The notes under the pieces: generated by a model
Database searches by the model: none
Told to the model about the DNA's origin: nothing
What the model saw: only the letters and a program-made list of their open reading frames with translations
NCBI GenBank assembly: GCA_965248755.1
Contig: OZ252149.1
Location: 4,192,001-4,256,000 of the forward strand
From: Candidatus Latescibacterota bacterium
GTDB taxonomy: Bacteria > Latescibacterota > CBDEFO01
Length of the DNA stretch: 64,000 nucleotides
Direction of reading: 5' to 3'
Program-made: the position numbers and the translations under genes
In this document: piece by piece, positions 9,513-19,470 of the stretch
Layout: the number at the start of each line of letters is the position of its first letter
Numbering within the stretch: the first letter of the stretch is position 1

Positions 9513-11849
9513 CTATCGTTTTGGGACATGGATGTGCTCCTCATGGTTCTCAACTATCTCCCTGGCTCGGTCCGAGAGCACGTGATCGGGCTGCAGCCTC
9601 AATCCTTCTCTCATATGGAACATTGCTCTGTCGTAAGCTTGCCCAAGATCGTGATAGGTCAATCCTAAATTATAGTGGGCATCTGCGAAGTTGGAGTCTA
9701 TCTTTATCGCCTCTTTGTAGTGTTCGATTCCGTCCTGGGGCATACCCCTGATGACGTATGCTTTTCCCAGGGCGTTATGCGCTCTTGTGTATGTCGAATC
9801 CAGACTTATCGCCCTCATATAGTGCCTTATCGCCTCCTCAGTGGCACCGCTTCCCGAATAGGCGTCTCCCAAATTGTAATGCGCCATCTCGTGATCGGGA
9901 TATATTCTCAACGCCTCTTTAAAATGGAATATGGCCCGCTCTATTTTCCCCTTTATTAAGTAGACGTTTCCCAGATTATTGTGGGCGTTGGCGTAATCGC
10001 TATTGATCCTTAATGCCTCTGTGTAGTGAAATACAGCTTTATCGAGGGAATCTACATAGACGTACACATTGGCAAGGTTGTACTGCAGTTCATCGTAATC
10101 TGGGTTTTCTCTCACTCCTTCTTTATAGTTACTTATAGCCTCTTCGATCATTCCGTTTACGAAGTAAGCTCCCCCCAGGCCGTTGTAGATGTCGTGCTTA
10201 TGAGGGTCAACATCTAAAGCCTTTCTCAGGACTCCTATCGCATCGTGCGTCCTGCCTTTTATAAGATATGCTTTGCCTAAGACCCTGAAGGCCTTTTTTT
10301 CGGGAAAATCCAGGCTAACGGCCTTCTCAAGCTCCAGTATGGCATCTGTTAGAGACCCTTTTATATTGATATAGGCGGAAGCCATATTATAGTGCAGTCT
10401 TGAGTTATCCGAATTTTTCGGGTTCTCCAGTGATTTGGAAAATATGGTGTAGTCATTTTTCCAGTCTTTATTGCGCCTGATTACAATAACGGAGTAGGAG
10501 CATATGAGGCACAGGAAGGCTATGGAAGCGATGGATTTTGCGATATTAAAAGAGAGGATTTGCTGTGGATGCTCTGCCTGAAGTGGACGTTCCACAGACC
10601 TTCCCGAAATGGCACTCTCCAGAATCGCTCCCAGAGCTATGCAGAAGCCGAGGGAGGGGATGTATAAGAATCTTTCGGCTATCAGCTCCCAACTGGGGAT
10701 TATGCCCGATATGAAGGGAAAGAGACACAGAAACCAGAATATGCCGAATGAGACGTCCCTGGCCCTTTTGGTGGTGCGACCACTCCGTAGCGTCATGATG
10801 CCCGCATATATTACCGCTGCTGTGACTGCTATGGATACAAGGTTCGTAATCTGGAGCAGAGATTCGGGTGGAAAGATGTGAATTTCAGCGTCCAACCATA
10901 GAGGCAAGATCAGGATTTTAACGTAATGCGCAAATATCTGAAGGGTTTCGATAAAGGCTAATATAGGGTTCTCAGGGTAGTCGTACCCTCTTTCCATCGC
11001 CCTGTCTCCGATTAGGTAAAGGTGTAGGAAGACGTAAGCCGCGGCTGTTGTGACAAGGGGGGTGTACCTTCTTATAAAGTTCCTTTTGAAAAGCCTAACA
11101 TCTCCCTCAGATATGTAATACCAATCGTAGAGGGCTGCGATTAGAGGGAAGGTTATGGCCACCTCTTTGGACAGGAGCGCAAGGGCAAAGAGGACTACGC
11201 ATAGGGAGTAGAAAAGATGGCCTCTATATTCACGACGAAGTGGTTCCACCACTTTCTGAGAGCGGATGAAGGCCAAAAGGGCTGAGAGGAAGAATATTGC
11301 GGCGAGTATATCCGTCCTGCCGGATATCCATGCCACAGATTCGGTATGAACGGGGTGCAGGGCAAAAAGGAGTGATACAAAAACCGCTCCGAGCACGCTC
11401 TCCAGAATGGCATATCCCAGAAAGAAAACCAGCGCGGAGGCCACAGAATGCAACAGCACATTGGACAGATGATATCCGGCGGGGTTCAGGCCCCAGATGC
11501 TGTGATCTGCGACGAACGACAGTGTGGTGACAGGTCTGTAGAAGCCCGACCGTTCTTCCTTCTGGGGAAAAAAATCTCCCGTGAAGATCTTTCCCAATTG
11601 GTCCCAGTCCTTAATACGGGGATTATACTCTACTATGAACACATCGTCCCACACAAAGCTGTTGCCGAGCGTGTTCAGATAGAGAAAGGTGGCTACCACG
11701 AACACCAGGAGGAGGGATAATATGAGTAGACAGTTGTAATTGGACAGTATGCCGGGCATCCCTCCTCCCTGTTCGCAGTCTAATTTTGTATGTTCACTCT
11801 GGGAGGTTGTCATTCCCTTACCTTTACGGCCCTTTCTGTCTGCCTGCAA
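9513..11849 (-). CDS. TMTC-like membrane glycosyltransferase (GT-C fold) with C-terminal TPR array
   Basis: FVWDD, FYRP, YHLSNVLLH, LFALHPVHTESVAWISGRTD, ALLSKE, AERFLYIPSLG, then about 8 TPRs; start may be 11813 or 11759. Confidence 0.85.
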   Translation of the reverse strand: MQADRKGRKGKGMTTSQSEHTKLDCEQGGGMPGILSNYNCLLILSLLLVFVVATFLYLNTLGNSFVWDDVFIVEYNPRIKDWDQLGKIFTGDFFPQKEERSGFYRPVTTLSFVADHSIWGLNPAGYHLSNVLLHSVASALVFFLGYAILESVLGAVFVSLLFALHPVHTESVAWISGRTDILAAIFFLSALLAFIRSQKVVEPLRREYRGHLFYSLCVVLFALALLSKEVAITFPLIAALYDWYYISEGDVRLFKRNFIRRYTPLVTTAAAYVFLHLYLIGDRAMERGYDYPENPILAFIETLQIFAHYVKILILPLWLDAEIHIFPPESLLQITNLVSIAVTAAVIYAGIMTLRSGRTTKRARDVSFGIFWFLCLFPFISGIIPSWELIAERFLYIPSLGFCIALGAILESAISGRSVERPLQAEHPQQILSFNIAKSIASIAFLCLICSYSVIVIRRNKDWKNDYTIFSKSLENPKNSDNSRLHYNMASAYINIKGSLTDAILELEKAVSLDFPEKKAFRVLGKAYLIKGRTHDAIGVLRKALDVDPHKHDIYNGLGGAYFVNGMIEEAISNYKEGVRENPDYDELQYNLANVYVYVDSLDKAVFHYTEALRINSDYANAHNNLGNVYLIKGKIERAIFHFKEALRIYPDHEMAHYNLGDAYSGSGATEEAIRHYMRAISLDSTYTRAHNALGKAYVIRGMPQDGIEHYKEAIKIDSNFADAHYNLGLTYHDLGQAYDRAMFHMREGLRLQPDHVLSDRAREIVENHEEHIHVPKR

Positions 11850-11946
11850 TAGAATACACGTTGTGTAAATATATGTTCTGGAGTCAAAAAGTCAACCGAA
11901 TTTTCCCAAGACGGCTGCAGCGCATCTCCTCCGTTGAGATGCGCAA

Positions 11947-12009
11947 CGTCATTGCGACCCCCCCCGATTGAATCTATCGGGGGCTAACGCTGAGGTGGCT
12001 AAGCAATCT
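11947..12009 (-). repeat. REP-like element (AGATTGC...GCAATGAC type) containing the CCCCGATAGATTCAATCGGGG hairpin
   Basis: Reverse complement aligns with the copies at 13057-13117 and 49664-49712. Confidence 0.75.
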
Positions 12010-12127
12010 GAATTATGGGGAGAGTTTTGTGTTGACTTGGATGTGAATCTTTCTTTATCTTTCTTGCTGGGGAGGATTTCAAAAAAGACGCTTGCAGATG
12101 GTTGATTTCTCAATATGGGAGGTAGAA

Positions 12128-12898
12128 ATGAGACTGGAGGGTAGGTCTGCTATTATCACAGGATCGTCGAAGGGCTTGGGAAGAGCGATGGCCATAGCGA
12201 TGGCCAAAGAGGGCGCGGATATAGTGGTAAACGGCAGGGATGTGGAGGCTATGGAGGAGACTGGCGCAGAGATAGAAGCGCTAGGACGTAGGGCGATCAT
12301 AGCAAAGGGAGATATACGAAAGATAGATCAGGTCAGAGAGATGGTAGAGAAGGCCGTCTCAGAGTTCGGGAAGGTGGACATTTTAGTGAACAACGCCGGG
12401 GGAGCGCTCTTTACCCCTGTATTCTTCGAGGAACTGACGGAGGAGGACTGGGATAAGGTTGTGGACACTAATCTGAGGGCTGTTTTCCTGTGCTGTCGGG
12501 AGGTCTGGAAGTATATGAAGGAGATGAGGTACGGAAAGATTGTGAATGTCTCCTCCCTATCGGGGAGAATGCACGGCGCGCAACTCTCGGGAGTGCACTA
12601 CTCAAGCGCAAAGGCGGGATTAGGAGGGTTGACACGGCAACTGGCGTACGAATTCGGGCCTTTCGGGGTAACCGTCAACGCTGTAGCTCCGGGACTCTTT
12701 ATGAGCACTCAGAGGGTAAGGGACCTTTGGAACAGCAGGGATGAGGAATTTAAGAAGGAGTTTTTAAAGTCTGTCCCACTGAGGAAGGTCGGCGAGCCGA
12801 AGGAATTAGCTCCGGCAGTTGTCTTTTTAGCTTCTGACGATTCGAGCTACATAACGGGCGCCACTATTGACGTGAACGGTGGGAGATATATGTGTTAG
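12128..12898 (+). CDS. SDR family (FabG-like) NAD(P)-dependent oxidoreductase
   Basis: TGSSKGLG, DILVNNAG, YSSAK, YITGATIDVNGG; GGAGG RBS; TTGACT-18-TATCTT promoter-like sequence upstream. Confidence 0.92.
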   Translation: MRLEGRSAIITGSSKGLGRAMAIAMAKEGADIVVNGRDVEAMEETGAEIEALGRRAIIAKGDIRKIDQVREMVEKAVSEFGKVDILVNNAGGALFTPVFFEELTEEDWDKVVDTNLRAVFLCCREVWKYMKEMRYGKIVNVSSLSGRMHGAQLSGVHYSSAKAGLGGLTRQLAYEFGPFGVTVNAVAPGLFMSTQRVRDLWNSRDEEFKKEFLKSVPLRKVGEPKELAPAVVFLASDDSSYITGATIDVNGGRYMC

Positions 12899-13056
12899 TT
12901 CCAAGGGGAACGCTGAAAGTGTAAAGTCTTTCCGTATTCATTCGGCTTTCAGCCATTGCAATTGGAGGTATCGAAAAACTTCTGGGGAAAAGGTACCAGA
13001 TCCGACGCTGTCAGGAGTTGGGAAGCAGTACCAAACTAAGGGTAAATAGTATAAGT

Positions 13057-13117
13057 GAGATTACTTAGCTACCCCGTGCTACCCCCCGATAGATTCGATC
13101 GGGGGGTAGCAATGACG
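13057..13117 (+). repeat. REP-like element containing the CCCCGATAGATTCGATCGGGG hairpin
   Basis: GAGATTACTTAGCTACC...CCCCCCGATAGATTCGATCGGGGGG-TAGCAATGACG; inverted relative to 11947-12009. Confidence 0.75.
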
Positions 13118-13203
13118 TTGCTTGGTTCTGTAGATGGTGCAGAAGGGAGGATCCGTCACCGTGCGGGATATTGTGCTTCGATTACTAATATAGGAACAGA
13201 CGC

Positions 13204-14661
13204 ATGTCAGATTCTGGCAGACAGGGCTCGTATCAGCAGTATGAAGTGGTCGTAGAGAGGAACGTAATGGTGCCGATGAGGGACGGTGTGAAATTGGCGG
13301 CGGACATCTATTTTCCCGCGCTGGAGGGCAGTCCTGCGAAGGGGAGATTCCCGGCCATTTTGGAGCGGAGTCCGTACGGCAAACAGATAAGGCTGGATAT
13401 GGTCAAAAGCGGCAACTACTTCGCCCGAAGGGGTTATGTGGTCGCCTTCCAGGATGTCAGAGGGAGATTCGACTCTGAGGGCGTATGGTATGCCTTTGCA
13501 AATGAGGCGCCAGATGGGTACGACGCAGTCGAGTGGATAGCGCAACAGAAGTGGTGCGATGGGCAGGTGGGGACTATGGGTCTTTCCTACAGCGGAAGCG
13601 ATCAAAGCGCTCTGGCTACTATGAATCCGCCTCATCTAAAGTGCATGTTCGTAAGCGAGGGGGCATCTAACTATCACACCTGTTCTATGAGGCACAACGG
13701 GGCGTGCGAACTCAGGTTCTTCGTCTATGCCTTTCGCATGGCCTTATCAAGCAAGGAGGCCTTGAAAGACCCTGCTAAAAGGACAGCTGCTGAGGAGGCC
13801 TACAGGAACGTAGGACAGTGGCTGACCAGACTCCCGCACGGGAAGGAAACTTCACCTTTGAGTCTCTTCCCAACTTATGAGCAGTGGATACTGGACATCA
13901 TGACCACAGGGGACTATTATAAGTACTGGAAACAGAGGGGATACAGCATCGAGGAATACTACGACGAACACGCCGATGTGCCTGCGTATTACTTAGGGGG
14001 GTGGTACGACTCTTACACGAGAGCCACGACGGACAATTACGTGCGGCTGTCCACTATGAAAAAGGAGCCGATAAGACTGATTATGGGTCCCTGGTCGCAC
14101 GGCGCGCAGACTTTGGAATTGTCCCGCTACGGTGATGTGGAGTTCGGCGCAGATGCCGCTCTGGACTACAACGATTTCAGGTTAAGGTGGTTCGACTACA
14201 ATCTCAAGGGATTGGATACGGGGATTATGGACGATCCACCGGTCAAAATATTCGTTATGGGAGGAGGTGACGGTAGGCAGACTATAGACGGAGGGCTGAA
14301 TCACGGCGGAAGATGGAGGTTTGAGAACGAATGGCCTCTGGAAAGGACTATATATACTAAGTATTACATCCATCTGGACGGACGCCTCTCTACCGGTGTC
14401 CAGGATGACGATCCTCCAAGCAGCTACACTTTCGATCCGCGCGATCCTGTTCCGACTATCGGGGGCAATATATCAGCCGCAGATGATGTGATACCGGCAG
14501 GGGCCTTCGATCAGAGGGGAAGGGGAGATTTCTTCGGGTGCAGGGATAGTATGCCCCTTTCGGCAAGGAACGATGTATTGGTATTCCAAACTGATGTCTT
14601 GGAGAAGAAAGTTGTGTACTGCCTCCCTGGAAAGCGACATCAATTACGCAAGCTGGGGTAG
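13204..14661 (+). pseudogene. CocE/NonD family hydrolase, C-terminally truncated
   Basis: VPMRDGVKLAADIY, GLSYSG nucleophile motif, GGWYD, MGPWSH, YTFDPRDPVPTIGG; family-like sequence stops after DVLVFQTDVLE (~14610), part-way through the C-terminal domain. Confidence 0.8.
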
Positions 14662-14819
14662 CAGATAAAACTGTTCCTCTAGTCTTCTCGGGTCTTATAT
14701 CCCAAGGACGAATGGAAACGCTTTCTGTTGTCGTCATCGATCCTTTGGGATATCCCTGTGGTCCGCCTTGTCCTCTGGCATTACTTCTTTGAACTTGTCG
14801 AACCGATTGACCTTGATTC

Positions 14820-14983
14820 TTCTACTAACTTCTACTAGATTTCTACTGAACGAGCGGGAATACTATAAAATAACACTAAACAAGAATAAAGTCAATAGCC
14901 CTTATCGAAATACAGCACAACCAGTTAGGGAAACACACTAAACCGAAAGGAAAACCCATATCTGACTACAAGTCAGATGCTCT
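14820..14983 (+). mobile_element. Orphan integrase attachment-site remnant (arm repeats plus core resembling the tRNA-Thr(TGT) anticodon arm)
   Basis: Three TTCTACT direct repeats, then ~114 nt later TCTGACTACAAGTCAGATGCTCT (reverse complement AGAGCA-TCTGA-CTTGTAG-TCAGA); same layout at 44166-44325. Confidence 0.55.
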
Positions 14984-15822
14984 TGAAGGACTTGAAGTGA
15001 AGTCTTTGCACAGACATTTGAGGTAGAAGAGATAATTGGAAAAGCAGAGAAATTTAAGCAGAGAGCTGTTGATTTGTACAAAGTTTTTGATTCAGCAAGA
15101 CGGAGTGTCTTGTTTGAATATTTCTTTTTCTTTCTTTTTATTCTTTGCCGGATCTGATGATATCAAGCAGATATTAAATTTTGATAAATAAAAAATTCTA
15201 AAAATTCACTCAAGCTGACTTTTGGGAAGAGACACGAAAAGCATTTAAGGAACTCGGTTGTCACAAGCTAACCATAAAAGTCTTTCGGGCAATTGTGTGG
15301 ATTTGTGGCTATCGTCTAAAAGGGCCTGAACCGCGTAGCGGTTGGGAAAAGTTTGATCCAAGCTTATTTTGCGTTTAAGTCCATTGGTGTAGGATCTCTG
15401 ATGTACCTTGGTTATGAATTCATCATGAGTAATATACCAGCCTATAGGCTTGGAATCTGTATCGATAACTCTGATCCACAACTCAACAACTGGGTCTCTT
15501 ACCTGAAGCAAATTAACTCCCTTACGACTTAAAAGTTTGACGCCAATGACTTCATTGCCTAAACGGATAAAGCCGCTACCTTCGGCCCGATATTGGAGAT
15601 ATTCAATGGCAGTTAGGTCAGGTAGTGAAATGATGGATGGATACCTTTCCCCACAGTAGCTTGCACCGACGGCTTTACCAATCCAGTCCGATCCCAGTAG
15701 TCTCTTTGGGGGATGGGTGCACCCGGAACGTTAGACAGCAATGTTTAGTAAATACTGGTACTTGCACTAACTCTAGAAGCCCCGTTGCGATCTATAATTT
15801 TCAGTGTGTAGATAGCATTATG

Positions 15823-16551
15823 TTAAGACTCGACCTCCTCTAATTCCTGCTCCACATATTCGAGGTAGATCTTCCCTAGATCCATCCCTTCGAACGCATC
15901 TCTTGTGAATATCTTCGAGAGGTTGCCCTTGTTCATTATGCCCACTCTGTCGGCTATTTCTCTTGCACGAAATATATCGTGGGTCGTCATCCATATCGCC
16001 TTGTCCTCTCCTCTTAGTTCGTCCAGAAGTTTGAGAAACTCCGCGCCGCTTTTCGGATCCAGTCCACTCGTGGGCTCATCTAAGAGGATCACCTGTGCAT
16101 CCTTCATAATCGCTATGGCTATCCCCAACTTCTGCCGCATCCCCTTTGAGAACCCGTCCAATCTCTTTGAAAAGCAATCCGAATCTAGGCCTACGCGAGC
16201 CATCACTGCATCGTAATCGTCACCTTTAGCGTCTTTTCTCCCGCCAAGTTTGGTGAAGAAATCCAGATTCTGCCTCGCCGTAAAGTTTCCGTACAGCATG
16301 ACGTTTTCCGAGACATACGCCACATGCTTCTTCGCCTCCAAAGGATCTTTAGTAATATCTATTCCGCATATTTCGATCGTGCCCTCCGTGGGCTCGGTGA
16401 ATCCCAACGCCACCATCAAGGTCGTGGTCTTTCCGGCGCCGTTTGCCCCCAACATGCCGAATACCTTGCCTCTGTTCACGGTCATACTCAGCTTATTGAC
16501 CGCCAAAGTTCCATCCTCATACCTCTTGGACATATTGATTACGTTAAGCAT
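15823..16551 (-). CDS. ABC transporter ATP-binding protein
   Basis: Walker A GANGAGKTT, signature FSKGMRQK, Walker B ILLDEPTSGLD, H-switch TTHD. Confidence 0.96.
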   Translation of the reverse strand: MLNVINMSKRYEDGTLAVNKLSMTVNRGKVFGMLGANGAGKTTTLMVALGFTEPTEGTIEICGIDITKDPLEAKKHVAYVSENVMLYGNFTARQNLDFFTKLGGRKDAKGDDYDAVMARVGLDSDCFSKRLDGFSKGMRQKLGIAIAIMKDAQVILLDEPTSGLDPKSGAEFLKLLDELRGEDKAIWMTTHDIFRAREIADRVGIMNKGNLSKIFTRDAFEGMDLGKIYLEYVEQELEEVES

Positions 16552-16622
16552 TGCATACTCCCTTTCTTCAGGTCAATTCAGCAGGATCGTAAATAAGCTC
16601 CATTTCGACTATGAAGAATAGA

Positions 16623-18026
16623 TCAATCGAAGACCAGGAGTCCTAATCTCTGTGGTCTCTGATACAACCCTCCAGCCTCCGGGATCCACTCGCAGTACTC
16701 GGAATCCTCTATCCTAACTCTGACCAGGTTGATTCTCCACACAGTACCTTTTCCTACCTTTGCGCCCTCTAAGTCCTCAAACGGAATCCCAAGCTCCAAT
16801 GTCCAGAACTTTTCTTCTATTTTAGTCGCTAGATCGTAGTTCCCGTTCCACGAGGTATCTAGGAGGTTAGCGCTTGGTTCCCGATATGCGTCCCATATAG
16901 TCCCTATGGCGTTTATGATAATGTGGTGGTACGTCCTCTTGTCACGATTTATGTCCAGATGGACCTGAATGCAATCGTCCTCCCAGGTCTTGTTTTCTCT
17001 TTCTTTATACTTTAGGGTGAGATATTCTGTGGAATCCTCGTAGCCCTTGAAAGCTATATATAACTTATCGTGCGTGTATCCAATGAACGCCTCAGTTTTG
17101 CCATCGGTGGGAACAGACGACACCTTGGTTATAAGCTTATAAAAGTCCGTCACACGCTCAGCCTCCTTCCAGCAGGCATCGCCTATGTCTCCATCTACGA
17201 TTGGAGGAACAGAAAGTCTCCGTGCGTACGCCAGCATGCCGTGTTCCCTCAAGATATCCATCCCCTTCTGTTCATCTTCGTTGTCGATGTAGAACATACC
17301 CAGGACCCAATTTGCGTTCTTGCTGTTCGGCACGAGCTCCAAGGCCTCTCTATACTTCTGTTCCGCACCCGCAAGATCTGCCCCTAAAGAAAGTTTATTT
17401 CCTTCGTCTATGATCTGCTGAGCTATACGTTCTACGAATTCTACCGCCTCATGTCTTACTCTCTCGTCCTTATCTTTTGAAAGCTCCTTAGTCGCTTCTG
17501 TAAGGCGTTGTCTCTGCTCATCCGTCATATGCTCGCCCCCAACAATTACCCTGTTTTTGATTTCCCATCCTCCTTGGCTCCTGAGCGCCAGAAGAGCCTG
17601 ATACCTCACCTCACTTTCTTCATCGGTCAGCCTGTCCATCAAAACGTCCGTAGCCTCTTCGGTCTTGAGACGTCCAAACGCCTTGACGATTCCCTCCCTT
17701 ATCTTAGGATCCTCGTCATCCACGTGCATTAGAAGAGTTTTCTCTATCCTCGGATCGTGTTCCCTGAAGGACAACCTGTAGAGAATCTCGACAACATCCG
17801 ACCTTATATTGGGAGGCGTATTTTCATCAGAAAGCGCCTCGATGAGAGGAGGAATTGCATAATTCTTCGACAGCACAAGCCTCAACATCGCCTCGTCGCG
17901 CTCTTCCTTGCTGCCTCCGAGTCTCTTAATCTCCCCTTTCGGATCCGATCCACAGCCCAGAAAAGCTGTCAAAAGGACGAACGACAAGAGAAAGAGGATT
18001 GAAGTCAGTCTCCTTATATCTACCAT
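16623..18026 (-). CDS. Lipoprotein: HEAT repeats + TPR + CBM9/DOMON-like C-terminal domain
   Basis: Lipobox FLG-C; HEAT repeats (LIEALSDE, LMDRLTDEESEVRYQALLAL); TPR (YREALELVPNS); PPIVDGDIGDACW...WEDDCIQV...WTLELGIPF...WRINLVR. Confidence 0.8.
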   Translation of the reverse strand: MVDIRRLTSILFLLSFVLLTAFLGCGSDPKGEIKRLGGSKEERDEAMLRLVLSKNYAIPPLIEALSDENTPPNIRSDVVEILYRLSFREHDPRIEKTLLMHVDDEDPKIREGIVKAFGRLKTEEATDVLMDRLTDEESEVRYQALLALRSQGGWEIKNRVIVGGEHMTDEQRQRLTEATKELSKDKDERVRHEAVEFVERIAQQIIDEGNKLSLGADLAGAEQKYREALELVPNSKNANWVLGMFYIDNEDEQKGMDILREHGMLAYARRLSVPPIVDGDIGDACWKEAERVTDFYKLITKVSSVPTDGKTEAFIGYTHDKLYIAFKGYEDSTEYLTLKYKERENKTWEDDCIQVHLDINRDKRTYHHIIINAIGTIWDAYREPSANLLDTSWNGNYDLATKIEEKFWTLELGIPFEDLEGAKVGKGTVWRINLVRVRIEDSEYCEWIPEAGGLYQRPQRLGLLVFD

Positions 18027-18052
18027 CTAATATCACCTCTTTTTGTCATCTT

Positions 18053-19432
18053 TTAGTTTAGGTCGGCCCTGATGAACGACAGATAGGCCGCTACAAAGAA
18101 GACTAGGTTCCACAGCATCAAAAGAAGGAGATTCATTCCCGTCTCTCTCAATCTATCGGAAAGTAAGCTGTATTCGTAGCGGAATTGCGGATAATCGGTG
18201 ACGTCGAACACCTCCGTGTTCCGGTCTGTCTCTCTTAACTGTGCCTGCTTTTCGTAGGAATAGTTGACCAATTTCTCTCTATAGCGCGAAACGACTTTCA
18301 AGAACCTATCTCTTTCCTTTATGCCTGTTCCCGATATATCGGTGGCAGAATAGATAAAGGGAGCAAGGGGTGATGCCCGCGAGAGATTCTTGGCGAGTCT
18401 GATCTGCTTGTCCAGATCTCTTCTGAAGTAATCGTTCAGCTTCTGTTGCTCCTCCCTGACGGCCTTTCTCCCCTCTCTTCGGAGGTTTGAAAAGAATGTT
18501 CCGGCCTCCTTACTCCACTGCTCCTTGGCGACTTGGGTCCAGTATTTTACCGACTTTTCCTGCATTTCTTTATTCTTCTCCCTCTCCATCTGCCTCTTTT
18601 GCCCTTCGAGCACCTGCACAGACTCCACAGAGCTGATCTGATTGGCGATGTAGGGCATCACGTTGGGAACTATGAGAATGGCCACGATCCATATCAAAAG
18701 AAGAACTGTTATCGAGGAAGACGCTGTCTCCGTCCTGGTCGATACGAAAAGTCCCAGGGAATATATCGCAGATATGTATAAGAGCGATACGAGCATTATG
18801 GTCAAGAGATTGAGCCAGTTGCCTTCCAACTTTACGTCGGGAAAGAACATAACTATCAAAGTCCCGCACAGAAGCGACAGGACAAAGGGAGCAACCAGCG
18901 CTAAGTATCCCCCGAACCACTTGCCTAAAATAACGGTGTGTCTCGGAATATCATACGACATAAGCAGCTTCAACGTCCCGGATTCCTTCTCTCCTGAGAT
19001 TGCATCGTAGCTGAAGGCTACTGCCAAAAGACTCATAATCACGCCTATGAAGAAGGTTAGGTCTATGGCTGGAAAGAAGGGGATTATGGGATTTTCCTCA
19101 TATTCGGCTTCGAACTGAGGATCTAAGAAGGCCGTGACCCTCACCGTCGCACCATTATTCTTCTCTATGCCCTTGAAGAATACCTTCATACTGTTCAGAG
19201 GCTTATCTATCTTCGTTCCTCTCCACAAAAGCTGTCCGGGCAGCTCGACGCTCAGAATCTCTTCTCTGTGCATAAATATGTTGGTGTTGTAGTCGACTAT
19301 GGCCTCCTTGTAGTCCTTCGTCAAAACGAAGACACTGGACATTATAACCACAAAGCATATTATGCAGGACATGGTGAACCGAAGGCTTAAGATGTGATCC
19401 AAAAGCTCCTTTTTGACTAACAGAAAGAACAT
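18053..19432 (-). CDS. ABC-2 type permease with large periplasmic helical loops
   Basis: LVKKELLDHILSLRF, YDAISGEKESGTLKLLMS, ILGKWFG; about 6 TMs. Confidence 0.92.
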   Translation of the reverse strand: MFFLLVKKELLDHILSLRFTMSCIICFVVIMSSVFVLTKDYKEAIVDYNTNIFMHREEILSVELPGQLLWRGTKIDKPLNSMKVFFKGIEKNNGATVRVTAFLDPQFEAEYEENPIIPFFPAIDLTFFIGVIMSLLAVAFSYDAISGEKESGTLKLLMSYDIPRHTVILGKWFGGYLALVAPFVLSLLCGTLIVMFFPDVKLEGNWLNLLTIMLVSLLYISAIYSLGLFVSTRTETASSSITVLLLIWIVAILIVPNVMPYIANQISSVESVQVLEGQKRQMEREKNKEMQEKSVKYWTQVAKEQWSKEAGTFFSNLRREGRKAVREEQQKLNDYFRRDLDKQIRLAKNLSRASPLAPFIYSATDISGTGIKERDRFLKVVSRYREKLVNYSYEKQAQLRETDRNTEVFDVTDYPQFRYEYSLLSDRLRETGMNLLLLMLWNLVFFVAAYLSFIRADLN

Positions 19433-19470
19433 AGTTGATCTCCTTTTTAACCCCGACCGGGGAGGTGATC

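Noticed and set aside
15245..15730. Open minus-strand frame downstream of the ABC ATPase
   Set aside because: No convincing start/RBS and no recognisable family; probably a gene fragment.
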